Positions 50,181 through 60,369 of a DNA stretch of 64,000 bases are shown here, one piece after another. The notes below the pieces were generated by a model. That model had not been told where the DNA came from, made no database searches, and worked only from the letters and a program-made list of their open reading frames with translations. Source of the DNA: a virus (lineage: Duplodnaviria; Caudoviricetes); the IMG/VR virus record IMGVR_UViG_3300037067_001739, positions 70,398-134,397 of that record; one strand, given 5' to 3'. Positions within the stretch are counted from its first letter, which is position 1, and each line of letters starts with the position of its first letter. Both the position numbers and the translations under genes were made by a program.

Positions 50181-50604
50181 AATTGTTGCAATCTGTGGAA
50201 AATTTGACCCGCTTCACAATGGTCATCTAGACCACATTATAAAAGCGTCAAAGTTAGGTGATTATCTTTTAATAATCACTCATACTGATGAGATGGTTGC
50301 CAGAACCAGTAATAAGGGGGTGTGCTTCATCCCATTTTGGGCTAGGAAACTTATTCTCGAAGGTGTAATGATGCGTCTTGGTATCCAGGGAAATGTTATT
50401 CTGTCTATTGACACTGATGGTACTGTTACTGAGACAATAAAAAAGTATAGACCAAATATATTGGCTAAAGGTGGTGACAGAACACCAAATAATATGCCAG
50501 ATAATGAAATTGCTGGTTGTAAAGAAGTTGGATGCGAAGTGATGTACGGAATTGGAGATTTGCTCAATTCCAGTAGTGACATCGTTAGGAGAGGAAATGA
50601 GTAA
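50173..50604 (+). CDS. HIGH-family nucleotidyltransferase (RfaE domain II / TagD-like)
   Basis: GKFDPLHNGH, AKGGDR, NSSS. Confidence 0.85.
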   Translation: MNKIVAICGKFDPLHNGHLDHIIKASKLGDYLLIITHTDEMVARTSNKGVCFIPFWARKLILEGVMMRLGIQGNVILSIDTDGTVTETIKKYRPNILAKGGDRTPNNMPDNEIAGCKEVGCEVMYGIGDLLNSSSDIVRRGNE

Positions 50605-51583
50605 GAAAATTTTGATAACGGGTATTTCTGGATTTCTTGGTCATCATATGCTAGAACATATATTGAGAAACACGGACATGGAAGTTATTGGTCTCGATGG
50701 AATCAATTATGCAGGAAATCTTAATAGAATTACCGATATTGAGTCGTTCAAGGAGAATGAAGACAGAGTAAGACTTGTGTTCCATGACATTCGGTCACCT
50801 ATCAATGACTCAGTAGGACACCAAATTGGTCAGGTTGATTACGTGGTTCACTTGGCGGCTGAGACACACGTTGATAGAAGTCTTATTGACTCCAAACCAT
50901 TTGTTCTTACCAATGTTGTAGGGACGTGTAATCTTCTTGAGTACGTGAAGCACAATCAACCAAACTTGACAAAGTATGTCCAGTTTTCTACTGATGAGGT
51001 ATTTGGACCTGCACCTGTTGGTACTGACCACAAGGAATGGAATCCACACAGACCATCTAATCCGTACTCTGCGGCTAAGGCTGGTGCGGATGACTTGGCT
51101 TTCGCTTTCGCTCATTCATTTAATCTGCCAATCATCATAACTCATACTATGAATCTGTTTGGTGAGAGACAGAATGTTGAGAAGTTTGTACCTATGACAA
51201 TCCGTAAGATTATGAATGGTGAGAAAGTTACCATTCATGGTACTGAAGGTAGTGTGAGCACTCGTAAGTGGATTCACTGTAGGAATGCGGCTGATGCTAT
51301 TCTATTCTTACTTGACAAGGGTATAAAAGAGGATAAATACAATATTGTCGGTGAGGAGATGGACGTTTTAAGCATGGCTAAGTTCATTGCTGATAAATTA
51401 GGTAAGGAACTTAACTATGAGTACCTAGATTTTCATAGCACTCGTCCAGGACACGACTTGAGATATAGTTTGGACGGTACTAAGATAGCCGAAATGGGTT
51501 GGAAAGCACCAATCGGTTTTATTGAATCACTTGACAGGGTTGTTACATGGTCTATGGAAAATAAGGAGTGGCTAAATCTTTAG
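50598..51583 (+). CDS. rfbB: NDP-glucose 4,6-dehydratase (RfbB/RmlB-like)
   Basis: ITGISGFLG, HLAAETHVDRS, STDEVFG, YSAAK, RPGHDLRYSLD. Confidence 0.9.
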
Positions 51584-52416
51584 GAAAGGTTATTGGTATG
51601 AGATTAACAATAAGTTGTGCGGCTTTTAACAATATAAAATACACTAAACTGTTTGTCAACTCAATAGTGTGTTCATGCCCTCATGAGGTATTCATAGTTG
51701 ACAATGGTTCGGTAGACTATACACCTAATTGGTTAAAAGAACAGGGTATTAAGCACACTAGGTATAATGAGAATAGGGGTTTTTCTTATGCTTACAATGA
51801 TTGTCTTGACTACGCATTAAAAGACGATGACGACCTTCTCCTATTCTGTGGTAATGATATTGTTTTCCGTCCAGAATCAATTGATTTTATGGTCAAGGCA
51901 ATCACTGAGAGTGACTATGAGATGCTTTGTGGTAATGAGGTTCTCAATAAAGAAATACTTACAGAGAACAAGGACGCTTTGGCTAACTTTAAGTACAAGT
52001 TCTCATTTGATGAAAAGCAGTACACCGAATTAAAGTATTCTCAAGGTGGTATGAACCACAGTTGCTTAGTAAGAAAGAAGTCAGCATTTGACAAGGTTGG
52101 GTATTATGATGTTAACTTCTATCCAGCCTACTTCGAAGATAATGATTATGCTAGGAGATGCGATTTGTTGGGTGTAAAGTATGGTACTGTTGAGTCAGCC
52201 GTGTTCTACCACTTTTGGAGCAGGTCAATTCATGAGGGTGGATTGAAACAGCTTAATGACAGACGTTTTACGCACAATCGAGCCTACTATGCGCATAAGT
52301 GGGGTGGTCTCGTTGGTAAAGAAACATACGACTTACCATTTGGTAACGGAGAACTAAAGATTGATAGCAGGTACTATGAACAGAATCTATTAGCGGAACT
52401 TGGAGTAATACAATGA
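51568..52416 (+). CDS. Glycosyltransferase family 2
   Basis: IVDNGS, ENRGF..AYN, ND, VGYYD..F.PAYFEDND. Confidence 0.85.
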   Translation: MAKSLGKVIGMRLTISCAAFNNIKYTKLFVNSIVCSCPHEVFIVDNGSVDYTPNWLKEQGIKHTRYNENRGFSYAYNDCLDYALKDDDDLLLFCGNDIVFRPESIDFMVKAITESDYEMLCGNEVLNKEILTENKDALANFKYKFSFDEKQYTELKYSQGGMNHSCLVRKKSAFDKVGYYDVNFYPAYFEDNDYARRCDLLGVKYGTVESAVFYHFWSRSIHEGGLKQLNDRRFTHNRAYYAHKWGGLVGKETYDLPFGNGELKIDSRYYEQNLLAELGVIQ

Positions 52417-53102
52417 GTGAAGCAATCTCAGTAATTCTGTTATCATACAATAGACCACACTATATAAAACAAGCAATCAATAGCGTTTTGTGGCAAACAT
52501 TCAAAGACTTTGAACTAATCATTGTAGAGAATAGTACAGATGGTGGTGCTACTCGTCAGGTTGTTGATGGCTATAAAACTGACCCACGTGTCAAGGTACA
52601 CTACGAAGAGTTGACTACTGAGCAGAGGCAGAATCAATGTATTATATCGTACTTGAACAATAAATATATTGATGTTGCTCAGGGTAAGTATGTGTTCTTC
52701 TTTTGTGATGACGACATCTTGTTTCCCAACTGTCTTGAGGAACTCTACAAATTTTCAGAAGGCAAGGGTGGAGTAGACTGTCACTGTGGTCAGTTATGGC
52801 TTAATTTTAAGGATGGGATATGGTCTTGGCAGAAAGAACTGGCTTGGCATGGAGTGGTGTTCAATGCTCAGGTCTCACCTTCTTGTAAGTTAACTGGTGG
52901 TGCAGTAATGTTCAGGAAAGACCACATTTTGGAAATGGGTCAACCTTACTTTAGACAGAACGACCCAAAACATTGTGCTACAGCAGATGCAGTCTTTTTC
53001 GAAGACTTTGCTAAAAGGCATCCTATCTATCCAGTTAATCAGACATTAAGTATTGCGAGGTTTCACAGTGAGCATAGAAGCTTTGAGTATTGGAGACACT
53101 AA
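52413..53102 (+). CDS. Glycosyltransferase family 2
   Basis: SVILLSYNRP, SVLWQTFKDFELII, GKY...DDD. Confidence 0.85.
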   Translation: MSEAISVILLSYNRPHYIKQAINSVLWQTFKDFELIIVENSTDGGATRQVVDGYKTDPRVKVHYEELTTEQRQNQCIISYLNNKYIDVAQGKYVFFFCDDDILFPNCLEELYKFSEGKGGVDCHCGQLWLNFKDGIWSWQKELAWHGVVFNAQVSPSCKLTGGAVMFRKDHILEMGQPYFRQNDPKHCATADAVFFEDFAKRHPIYPVNQTLSIARFHSEHRSFEYWRH

Positions 53103-53583
53103 TAAAATAAAGTATTTAATCACGGACTGTGATGGTGTTCTTACGGATGGTAATTACTATTCAAATGAGAACGGTAAGCAGTTTATTACTTTCAGTGCTA
53201 AGGATTCGGTTGTTCCCAATCTAGCTAGACGTACAGACTTGAAGGTAATCGTAATAAGCTCTACAAGTATACCACATATGGTAGAGAAAAGGGCTAGAGA
53301 TTGGAACATAGAGTTTCATCACGCTAAACCATATCACAAACTTGATAAAGTACGTGAACTTGTTGATGATTTGAGCACAGTAGCATATATAGGTGACTCT
53401 GTGGATGACATCCAAGTTTTTGATGAAGTTGGACTAGCATTCGCTCCAGCCGATGCTGTAGAACAAACTAAGAAACATGCTGATTACGTTCTTGAAAGAC
53501 GTGGTGGTGAAGGTTGCTTGCTGGAAGTATTTTTGGGGTTGAGGTTTAGAGATGAGGACTGGACAAAATTTAGACCAGATTAA
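53053..53583 (+). CDS. HAD phosphatase, KdsC/YrbI-like
   Basis: DCDGVLTDG, AYIGDSVDD, APADA, GGEG. Confidence 0.85.
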   Translation: MRGFTVSIEALSIGDTNKIKYLITDCDGVLTDGNYYSNENGKQFITFSAKDSVVPNLARRTDLKVIVISSTSIPHMVEKRARDWNIEFHHAKPYHKLDKVRELVDDLSTVAYIGDSVDDIQVFDEVGLAFAPADAVEQTKKHADYVLERRGGEGCLLEVFLGLRFRDEDWTKFRPD

Positions 53584-54592
53584 TTTCCTAAAAAGATTTT
53601 TTGATACTTATTCTATTGATAGCCTTATAGGTTATATTGAGAATATTGAGAAACTAAAAATTCTCGTAATCGGAGAGGCTGTAATTGATGAGTATACGTA
53701 TGGTGAGGTTATAGGAAAGACCAACAAATCACCATCTCTAGTATTTCGTCCACACGCTACGGAGACATTCGCTGGAGTACCTATGAACGTGGCAAATCAT
53801 TTATCAACTTTTTGTAAGAATGTTGATATTTCCATTATGGTTGGTAAGGATAATAAGGAAGACTTTATCACGTCTCATCTTAATGGTGTTAAACCAACCT
53901 TCTATACTTGGGACGCATCAACAATTACTAAAAAGAGGTATATAGCTACGTATAACAATAGCAAGGTCTTTGAAGTCTATGACTTCGTACCTAGCAAGTT
54001 CGATGATACTAAATTGGTTACTGACGTGGTGTCAACCATAGGTAATTATGATATAGTCATAGCTTGCGACTCTGGTCATGGTATGCTCACTTATGATGCT
54101 AGAGAAGCCTTGAAAGATGGTGCTAAGTTTATTGCTGTCAATACTCAGATGAACGCTGGTAATATCGGAACGCACTCTGTGAGAAAGTATATGGATAGAA
54201 AGCACAGTATCTTTGTATGTGTCAATGAGCGAGAGTTTATACTAGCTACTCACGAGACGTGGGATAAGCATGAGTCACTTGATGACTTACTAAGAGAATT
54301 CGATGGAAATGTTACTGCTGTTACTACAGGACCATCTGGTTGCAAGGTTTGTAAGGATGGTGAGATAGTTAATGTACCAGCGTTTGCACAGGATGGTGTT
54401 GACCCTGTTGGTGCTGGTGATGCCTTCTTGTCTTTAGCCTCACCTATGGCATACCAAGACTGTCCATTAGAGGTGGTCGGGTTCTTCGGTAATATAGCTG
54501 GTGCTCTGAAGACAGCTTACCAGGGTAATAAAGAATATATCACTAAAGATAGAGCTTACAAGTATATGCTTGAGCTTATGGAGAGGATGTAA
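53552..54592 (+). CDS. PfkB-family sugar kinase (RfaE/HldE domain I-like)
   Basis: ILVIGEAVIDEY, NVANHL, TITKKRY, DPVGAGDAF. Confidence 0.85.
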   Translation: MRTGQNLDQINFLKRFFDTYSIDSLIGYIENIEKLKILVIGEAVIDEYTYGEVIGKTNKSPSLVFRPHATETFAGVPMNVANHLSTFCKNVDISIMVGKDNKEDFITSHLNGVKPTFYTWDASTITKKRYIATYNNSKVFEVYDFVPSKFDDTKLVTDVVSTIGNYDIVIACDSGHGMLTYDAREALKDGAKFIAVNTQMNAGNIGTHSVRKYMDRKHSIFVCVNEREFILATHETWDKHESLDDLLREFDGNVTAVTTGPSGCKVCKDGEIVNVPAFAQDGVDPVGAGDAFLSLASPMAYQDCPLEVVGFFGNIAGALKTAYQGNKEYITKDRAYKYMLELMERM

Positions 54593-55557
54593 TGAAAGTA
54601 TTGGTAACTGGTGGTGCTGGATATATTGGTAATGTCCTTGTTCCTAAACTTATAAAAGTTGGACATAACGTTAGAGTTGTTGATTCCTTGTGGTTCGGTA
54701 ACTCACTACCTAAAGAGTGTGAGGTTATCAAGGGTAATATCTGTAAGTTTAAGGATGAGTGGTTAGACGATATTGATACTATCGTTAATTTAGCCGCAAC
54801 TTCAAATGACCCTATGGCTGATTTTGACCCATTCGTTAACTACATGATAAATACTGCTGGTACGGCACTCGTTGCTCATAAGGCTTATGCAGAGGGTGGC
54901 ATAAAGTTCATTCAAGCAAGTACGTGTTCGGTATATGGATTTGCTTACGATAAGGTGTTCACCGAAACGGATGTACCATCACCAACATTTGCGTATGCTG
55001 TATCTAAGATAATGGCTGAGAGAGCTTTATTATCATGGCAAGATAGACTTCATCCAACGATACTAAGATTTGCCACAGTTAATGGTTACTCACCTCGTAT
55101 GAGGTACGATTTGGTTCTTAATGTTTTGACCAAATCAGCGTTACAAGGTAAGATAGTGGTCAACAACCCTAAATTGTGGAGACCCATTGTTGACGTTAGA
55201 GACATTGCTGATGCTATTACTACTGCTGTGGAAAAACCAGAAGTTGAGGGTGTGTTTAACGTAGCTGAGGGTAGCTATACCATTCTTCAAATTGCCGAGG
55301 AAATATCCAGATGCTTGACCATGATGGGTAAGCGTCAACCAACTATCGAGATTCGTGGTGAAGCTGATTTGAGAAGTTACAAGGTTAATACCTCTAAGAT
55401 TGGAAGAGAGCTAGGTTTTGTGGCTTCGTATGCACCATATGACATGGTAAAGTCAATTGTTGAGAAGGTTGATTCTGGTGAGATAAACGATTTTGACAAT
55501 GACAAGTATTATAATATAAGGATATTCAAAGGATTGTCGGGGGAGTTTTTATCATGA
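54592..55557 (+). CDS. NAD-dependent sugar epimerase/dehydratase
   Basis: TGGAGYIG, STCSVYG, YAVSK, SPRMRYDL. Confidence 0.9.
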   Translation: MKVLVTGGAGYIGNVLVPKLIKVGHNVRVVDSLWFGNSLPKECEVIKGNICKFKDEWLDDIDTIVNLAATSNDPMADFDPFVNYMINTAGTALVAHKAYAEGGIKFIQASTCSVYGFAYDKVFTETDVPSPTFAYAVSKIMAERALLSWQDRLHPTILRFATVNGYSPRMRYDLVLNVLTKSALQGKIVVNNPKLWRPIVDVRDIADAITTAVEKPEVEGVFNVAEGSYTILQIAEEISRCLTMMGKRQPTIEIRGEADLRSYKVNTSKIGRELGFVASYAPYDMVKSIVEKVDSGEINDFDNDKYYNIRIFKGLSGEFLS

Positions 55558-56276
55558 AGTCACCCAATGAGTTAAGAAGAGACACCTTTGAGTTAGCACT
55601 TGATATACAGTGTCCGCACATCGCACCATCTCTGTCAACTGTGGAGATACTGTTAGCGGTATATGGTAGACTCGGTGAGCATGATAAGTTCATTTTGAGC
55701 AAGGGGCATGGTTGCGTGGCATGGTATGTCATACTTAAAGACTTAGGATATGACCCGCCATTGAAGCACCATCCAGATATTGATGTAGCTAATGGTATAG
55801 AATGTACAACTGGAAGTCTAGGTCACGGATTACCGATGGCAGTTGGTATGGCATTAGCCAAGAAATTAAATAACGAACCTGGAACAATCTATATTGTAAT
55901 GGGAGATGGTGAGTGTCAGGAAGGTACGGTTTGGGAATCGGCAATGATAGCCTCAAGGTATGGTCTTGATAACCTGTGCGTTATAGTTGATAGAAATAAT
56001 CTTCAGACATTGGACACACCAGACAACATCAGTAACTTAGGTGACTTGGTTGAGAAGTTTGATGCGTTTGGTTGGTGGTCAAGTGATGTTGATGGACACG
56101 ATGTCGAGGATATTGATGATTATATTGGTTCTTACTCCTTTGGTAGACCACGTGTTCTAGTGGCACACACTACTAAAGGTAAAGGGATAAGTTATATGGA
56201 GAACAACTCTGTATTCCACGCAAGATTACCAAATGATGAGGAAATAGAGATTGCTAGGAGAGAGTTGAATGCGTAA
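55554..56276 (+). CDS. Transketolase N-terminal (TPP-binding) subunit
   Basis: ILSKGH, TGSLGHGL, GDGECQEG..WES, DGHD, TKGKG. Confidence 0.9.
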   Translation: MKSPNELRRDTFELALDIQCPHIAPSLSTVEILLAVYGRLGEHDKFILSKGHGCVAWYVILKDLGYDPPLKHHPDIDVANGIECTTGSLGHGLPMAVGMALAKKLNNEPGTIYIVMGDGECQEGTVWESAMIASRYGLDNLCVIVDRNNLQTLDTPDNISNLGDLVEKFDAFGWWSSDVDGHDVEDIDDYIGSYSFGRPRVLVAHTTKGKGISYMENNSVFHARLPNDEEIEIARRELNA

Positions 56277-56742
56277 GACATTTGGTAAGGTTATGATTGA
56301 ATTGGCGGATAGAGACCCAATGGTTGTTCTCATTATTGGTGACATCGGATTCGGCATTTTTGATGAGTTCAAATCTAGATTTCCTAAAAGGTTCTTTAAT
56401 ATGGGAATCTGTGAGCAGAGTATAGTCGGTGTTGCGGCTGGTATGGCACTTCAAGGAATGAAACCTTATATTTATAGCATTACCCCATTCATACTTGAGA
56501 GACCATTCGAGCAGATAAAACTTGATGTAGACCAGCAGAATACTAATGTTAAGATTGTCGGGTATGGTGACTATCCAGACCAAGGTCCTACCCACGTAAC
56601 TCTTGACGATAAGACGCTCTGTTCGATGTTTAAGAATATAGTCGGTTACTTCCCTAAGAGTGGGGACGAGACAAGACAAGCATTACTTGAGTCTTATGAA
56701 TCTGGTAAACCAGCATTTATAAGCTTAATGAAGGATAGGTAG
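56269..56742 (+). CDS. Transketolase pyrimidine-binding subunit (short)
   Basis: RFFNMGICEQ, RPFEQIK, GPTH. Confidence 0.85.
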   Translation: MRKTFGKVMIELADRDPMVVLIIGDIGFGIFDEFKSRFPKRFFNMGICEQSIVGVAAGMALQGMKPYIYSITPFILERPFEQIKLDVDQQNTNVKIVGYGDYPDQGPTHVTLDDKTLCSMFKNIVGYFPKSGDETRQALLESYESGKPAFISLMKDR

Positions 56743-57819
56743 ATGACAGATAGATATAACATGAGTGGTCACAAACTTTTGTGGCATTTGGACAGACTTG
56801 ACGAGTACAGTAAGAGTAAATCTATTGTTCCATTGAATGTTCAGTTAGGAATAACTAACGGATGCAATTTTGATTGTATTTATTGCTATGGTGCGGCAGT
56901 CATGGGCAAAGTAGGTGTTATGGACAGGATTGACCTACCTATAGACACAATCACCAGATTCCTAAAGGACGCAAAGGAAGTCGGGGTAAGGTCTATTTCT
57001 CTTGTGGGTGAGGGCGAAAATACTATTCATCCTGATTTTTATGATGTGTTGAAGTGTACCAGAGAAATCAACCTTGACATGGGAATGGCAAGTAATGGTA
57101 TAGCCCTTAAAAAAGACCGCATTAAGGAAGTTCTTGAGTCTCTAGTGTGGCTCAGGTTTAGTGTTGGCGGTGGCACGAAGGAGATTTATGAGAGAATTCA
57201 TTGTAGGGACACTTTTGATAAGTTCCTTGATATTGTCTCTAGTGCTGTGGACACAAAGCGAAGATTTGGTCTTAACACTACCCTTGGACTCCAAATGGTA
57301 GTAATGAACGACAACATTTGTGATATTGTTCCACTGGCTAAACTTGGTAGAGAGCTTGGAGTTGACTATCTTGTTGCCAAACCATGCTCAGATACGCCAG
57401 ATAGAAAATTAGCCGTACCTCATACTAAGTATACTGAACTGGAAAACCTATTCAAAGAGGCTGAGAGTTATGCTACTGATGAGTATTCGGTTGTTATGAA
57501 GAGAAGCAAGTTTGAGAATCAAGGACACAACGACTTTGACTGTTGTCGTGCTACTAACTTTGTGGTTCAAATAAGTGCCAAGGGTAATATAGCACCATGT
57601 GGTCATTTACTTGGTTATCGAGCAGATGAGTTCAATTTAGGTAATATAAATGAGCAGTCGTTTAAGGACATCGTAAGCAGTCGCAGATATGCTGAGGTGC
57701 AGAAGAAAGTACAGTCCTTAGATGTTAATAAGGAGTGTGAAACGAACTGTTTGCATTACTATATGAATCAATTTCTCCAAGGTCTTGAAAATCCCCCACA
57801 GCACATTAATTTTGTATAA
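56743..57819 (+). CDS. Radical SAM/SPASM-twitch protein
   Basis: CNFDCIYC; GEGE; C-terminal G..PC..LGNI..C...C. Confidence 0.9.
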   Translation: MTDRYNMSGHKLLWHLDRLDEYSKSKSIVPLNVQLGITNGCNFDCIYCYGAAVMGKVGVMDRIDLPIDTITRFLKDAKEVGVRSISLVGEGENTIHPDFYDVLKCTREINLDMGMASNGIALKKDRIKEVLESLVWLRFSVGGGTKEIYERIHCRDTFDKFLDIVSSAVDTKRRFGLNTTLGLQMVVMNDNICDIVPLAKLGRELGVDYLVAKPCSDTPDRKLAVPHTKYTELENLFKEAESYATDEYSVVMKRSKFENQGHNDFDCCRATNFVVQISAKGNIAPCGHLLGYRADEFNLGNINEQSFKDIVSSRRYAEVQKKVQSLDVNKECETNCLHYYMNQFLQGLENPPQHINFV

Positions 57820-57821
57820 TT

Positions 57822-58412
57822 ATGACTGACTATCCACAGTATGCGGGTGAAAGACGCATAATTGAGCATGATGTTGTTTTTGAGGGTGGTTGCACGACAA
57901 TAGGTTATGCTACCACCATTGGGTCTGAGAGTACATTTAGAGGTAGCATTAACTTAGGAAGATACTGTCAGACTGCACCTAGAGTCGCTATGTTTTCTGA
58001 TGACCATATGATGGAGAGACCGTCTACGCATTTTGGTCCTAACATGTTGGACTGGGGGACAACAACTAGAGTTGGTGCTATCAACATTGGTAATGATGTG
58101 TGGATTGGGTATGGTGTGTTGGTTGTTGGTGGTGTCACTATTGGTAACGGTGCTTGCATAGGTGCTTGTTCCGTAGTCACTAAAGATGTACCACCTTATA
58201 CTGTTGTTGCTGGAAATCCAGCTAGGGTCATCAAAAAGAGATTCGATGATAGGATTATAGAACTTATGCAAGAGTTTTCTTGGTGGGACTTAAAAGCGGA
58301 ACAGTTATTTGTGTTTAAGGATTTTTTCAATACTGACCTGACAGAGAATGTTGATAAAAGTATTGCACTGATACAGGAATGTATACGTAAGAAGAGGAAA
58401 TTGTATGGATAA
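57822..58412 (+). CDS. Hexapeptide-repeat acetyltransferase (CatB/Vat-like)
   Basis: IGNDVWIG..GVTIGNGACIGACSVVTKDVPPYTVVAGNPARVIKKRF. Confidence 0.9.
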   Translation: MTDYPQYAGERRIIEHDVVFEGGCTTIGYATTIGSESTFRGSINLGRYCQTAPRVAMFSDDHMMERPSTHFGPNMLDWGTTTRVGAINIGNDVWIGYGVLVVGGVTIGNGACIGACSVVTKDVPPYTVVAGNPARVIKKRFDDRIIELMQEFSWWDLKAEQLFVFKDFFNTDLTENVDKSIALIQECIRKKRKLYG

Positions 58413-59004
58413 GGCAACTTTGATTGATACTGAGAGTAGAATAAGAGAAGCTTTCAAACAAAAGAAAATTCGTTCCATGTTCCATCTCTCAGGGGGTAAC
58501 GAGGATGAACTTATACGCATATTTAAGAATGTACGTCCTCAAGATTGGGTATTTTCCACTCATAGAAGTCACTATCATGCACTCCTAAAAGGTATGTCTC
58601 CAGACGAACTTATAGATAGAGTAGTCACTGGCGAGAGTATGCACCTATTTAGTAAAGAGCTAAAACTTTTCACATCATCAATAGTTGGAGGCTCTCTACC
58701 GATTGCTCTAGGTGTGGCTATGGCTATAAAGAAGCAGAACTTGGATGAACATGTTTGGGTCTTTATAGGAGATGCTTGTGCTAGAATGGGTGTTTTTCAT
58801 GAGTGTCACAGATATGCTATGGGGTTCAAATTACCCATAACATTTGTCATTGAAGATAATGGCATGTGTATAAATACTGATACCGTAGGTGCGTGGGGCG
58901 GTATCATGAGTTCTAATAATTCTGATTATATCATAAGATACAGATACAATAGAACGTATCCACACGCTGGTAGCGGGGATTTTGTAGACTTCAGTAAAGG
59001 GTAA
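58405..59004 (+). CDS. TPP-dependent dehydrogenase E1 alpha-like subunit (short)
   Basis: HLSGGNE, STHRSH, SMH, IVGG, GDA, EDN. Confidence 0.85.
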   Translation: MDKATLIDTESRIREAFKQKKIRSMFHLSGGNEDELIRIFKNVRPQDWVFSTHRSHYHALLKGMSPDELIDRVVTGESMHLFSKELKLFTSSIVGGSLPIALGVAMAIKKQNLDEHVWVFIGDACARMGVFHECHRYAMGFKLPITFVIEDNGMCINTDTVGAWGGIMSSNNSDYIIRYRYNRTYPHAGSGDFVDFSKG

Positions 59005-59008
59005 GGAT

Positions 59009-59536
59009 ATGAGTTATAAAGATGAACTAATAAAAGCAATGGGGATGCTGGCTGAGGATGATAGAACAATCTTTCTTGGTCAGGAGATAATCACTAATGG
59101 TTTTTATAAGACTATGAGTGAAGTTCCCGAAGATAAGATGATTGAGCTTCCTATCATGGAAGATGTTCAAATGGGTATGTCCACTGGTCTATCCCTGATG
59201 GGTTTTGTTCCAGTATCTTTATATACTCGTATGGACTTCTTCCTTTTGACTATGAACCAACTTGTTAATCATCTAGATAAGATAGAAGACATGTCTCATG
59301 GAGACTTCAAACCAAAGGTAATTATACGAACTGTTGTTGGTGAGCACGTTCCTATGGATTGTGGTCCTCAGCACACTCAGGACTTTACCGAAATGATTGA
59401 AACTGTACTTAATAGTGTTAAAGTGGTCAAGCTTGAGAGCATGTATGATATTGTTCCAGCGTACCAGAGTGCGCTGACTTTTGCTGGTTCTACGGTTCTG
59501 GTGGAGTCAAAAGAGTTGTATGGTAAGGAGACATAG
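59009..59536 (+). CDS. TPP-dependent dehydrogenase E1 beta-like subunit (short)
   Basis: FLGQ, ELPIME, NQLVN, GPQHTQ. Confidence 0.8.
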   Translation: MSYKDELIKAMGMLAEDDRTIFLGQEIITNGFYKTMSEVPEDKMIELPIMEDVQMGMSTGLSLMGFVPVSLYTRMDFFLLTMNQLVNHLDKIEDMSHGDFKPKVIIRTVVGEHVPMDCGPQHTQDFTEMIETVLNSVKVVKLESMYDIVPAYQSALTFAGSTVLVESKELYGKET

Positions 59537-60369
59537 TGAAGATTCTAGTATTGGGTTGTACGGGTATATTGGGTACTGCGATTACGCAGGTGTGTGATAG
59601 GGATGGCATAAATTGCGTAGCTTTGTCCCACGAGGACTTGGACATCAGAAATCCAGTAGCTCTAATGTATACTTTGAGACAGGTAGAACCAACTGCTGTC
59701 GTAAATGCGGCTGGCATTGTTGGTATAAACGTGTGTGAGGATGACCCGCTAAGAGCTTTCAGCATAAATACCATTCCAGTGTGCTATTTAGCAGACCTTT
59801 GTGATAAGTTGGGGATTATGCTTGTCCAACCGAGCACACATAATGTGTTTGACGGTACTAAAGATGGCTACTATACAGAGGAAGACTTACCACGTCCTCT
59901 TCAAATATATGGAACTACCAGATATGCTTCAGAAAAAATTGCAGTCAAGTGTGCTACTCATTATGTCGTAAGGTATCCTACCCTATTTGGTAAACGCATA
60001 AATGGTAGAAGTGCGTTTCCCGACAAAATCATTGATTGGGTAAAAGAGGGTAAAGAGTTCAATATTTCATACGATAAGATTGATTCTCCTAGCTGGAGCA
60101 TGGATGTTGCTGATGCTACAGTAAAATTGGTAGTTCAGGGTTATCCATATGGTATATATCATGTAGCCAATAGTGGTTGCGTCAATTATTACGAGTTTGT
60201 TCAAAAAATATCATCACTCGTGGGTGTGGAAGCTAAGGTGACTAAAGTTAAGGAAAAGGACTTCGAGACGAAAGCTCCCAATGCTTTGAAGACTGCCATG
60301 TCTTCTATAAAACTTCCACCACTCAGAACATGGGATGAAGCTTTAGAGGAGTATTTGCGTGGACGTTAA
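59536..60369 (+). CDS. rfbD: NDP-4-dehydrorhamnose reductase (RfbD/RmlD-like)
   Basis: LGCTGILG, LDI, NAAG, ST..VFDG, Y.E.D.P.PL.IYG, GIYH.ANSG. Confidence 0.85.
   Translation: MKILVLGCTGILGTAITQVCDRDGINCVALSHEDLDIRNPVALMYTLRQVEPTAVVNAAGIVGINVCEDDPLRAFSINTIPVCYLADLCDKLGIMLVQPSTHNVFDGTKDGYYTEEDLPRPLQIYGTTRYASEKIAVKCATHYVVRYPTLFGKRINGRSAFPDKIIDWVKEGKEFNISYDKIDSPSWSMDVADATVKLVVQGYPYGIYHVANSGCVNYYEFVQKISSLVGVEAKVTKVKEKDFETKAPNALKTAMSSIKLPPLRTWDEALEEYLRGR

Noticed and set aside
55554-59536. Central-metabolism auxiliary genes (pentose phosphate transketolase, pyruvate dehydrogenase)
   Set aside because: The subunits are short and split, lack E2/E3 partners and are embedded among NDP-sugar genes, which favours sugar tailoring
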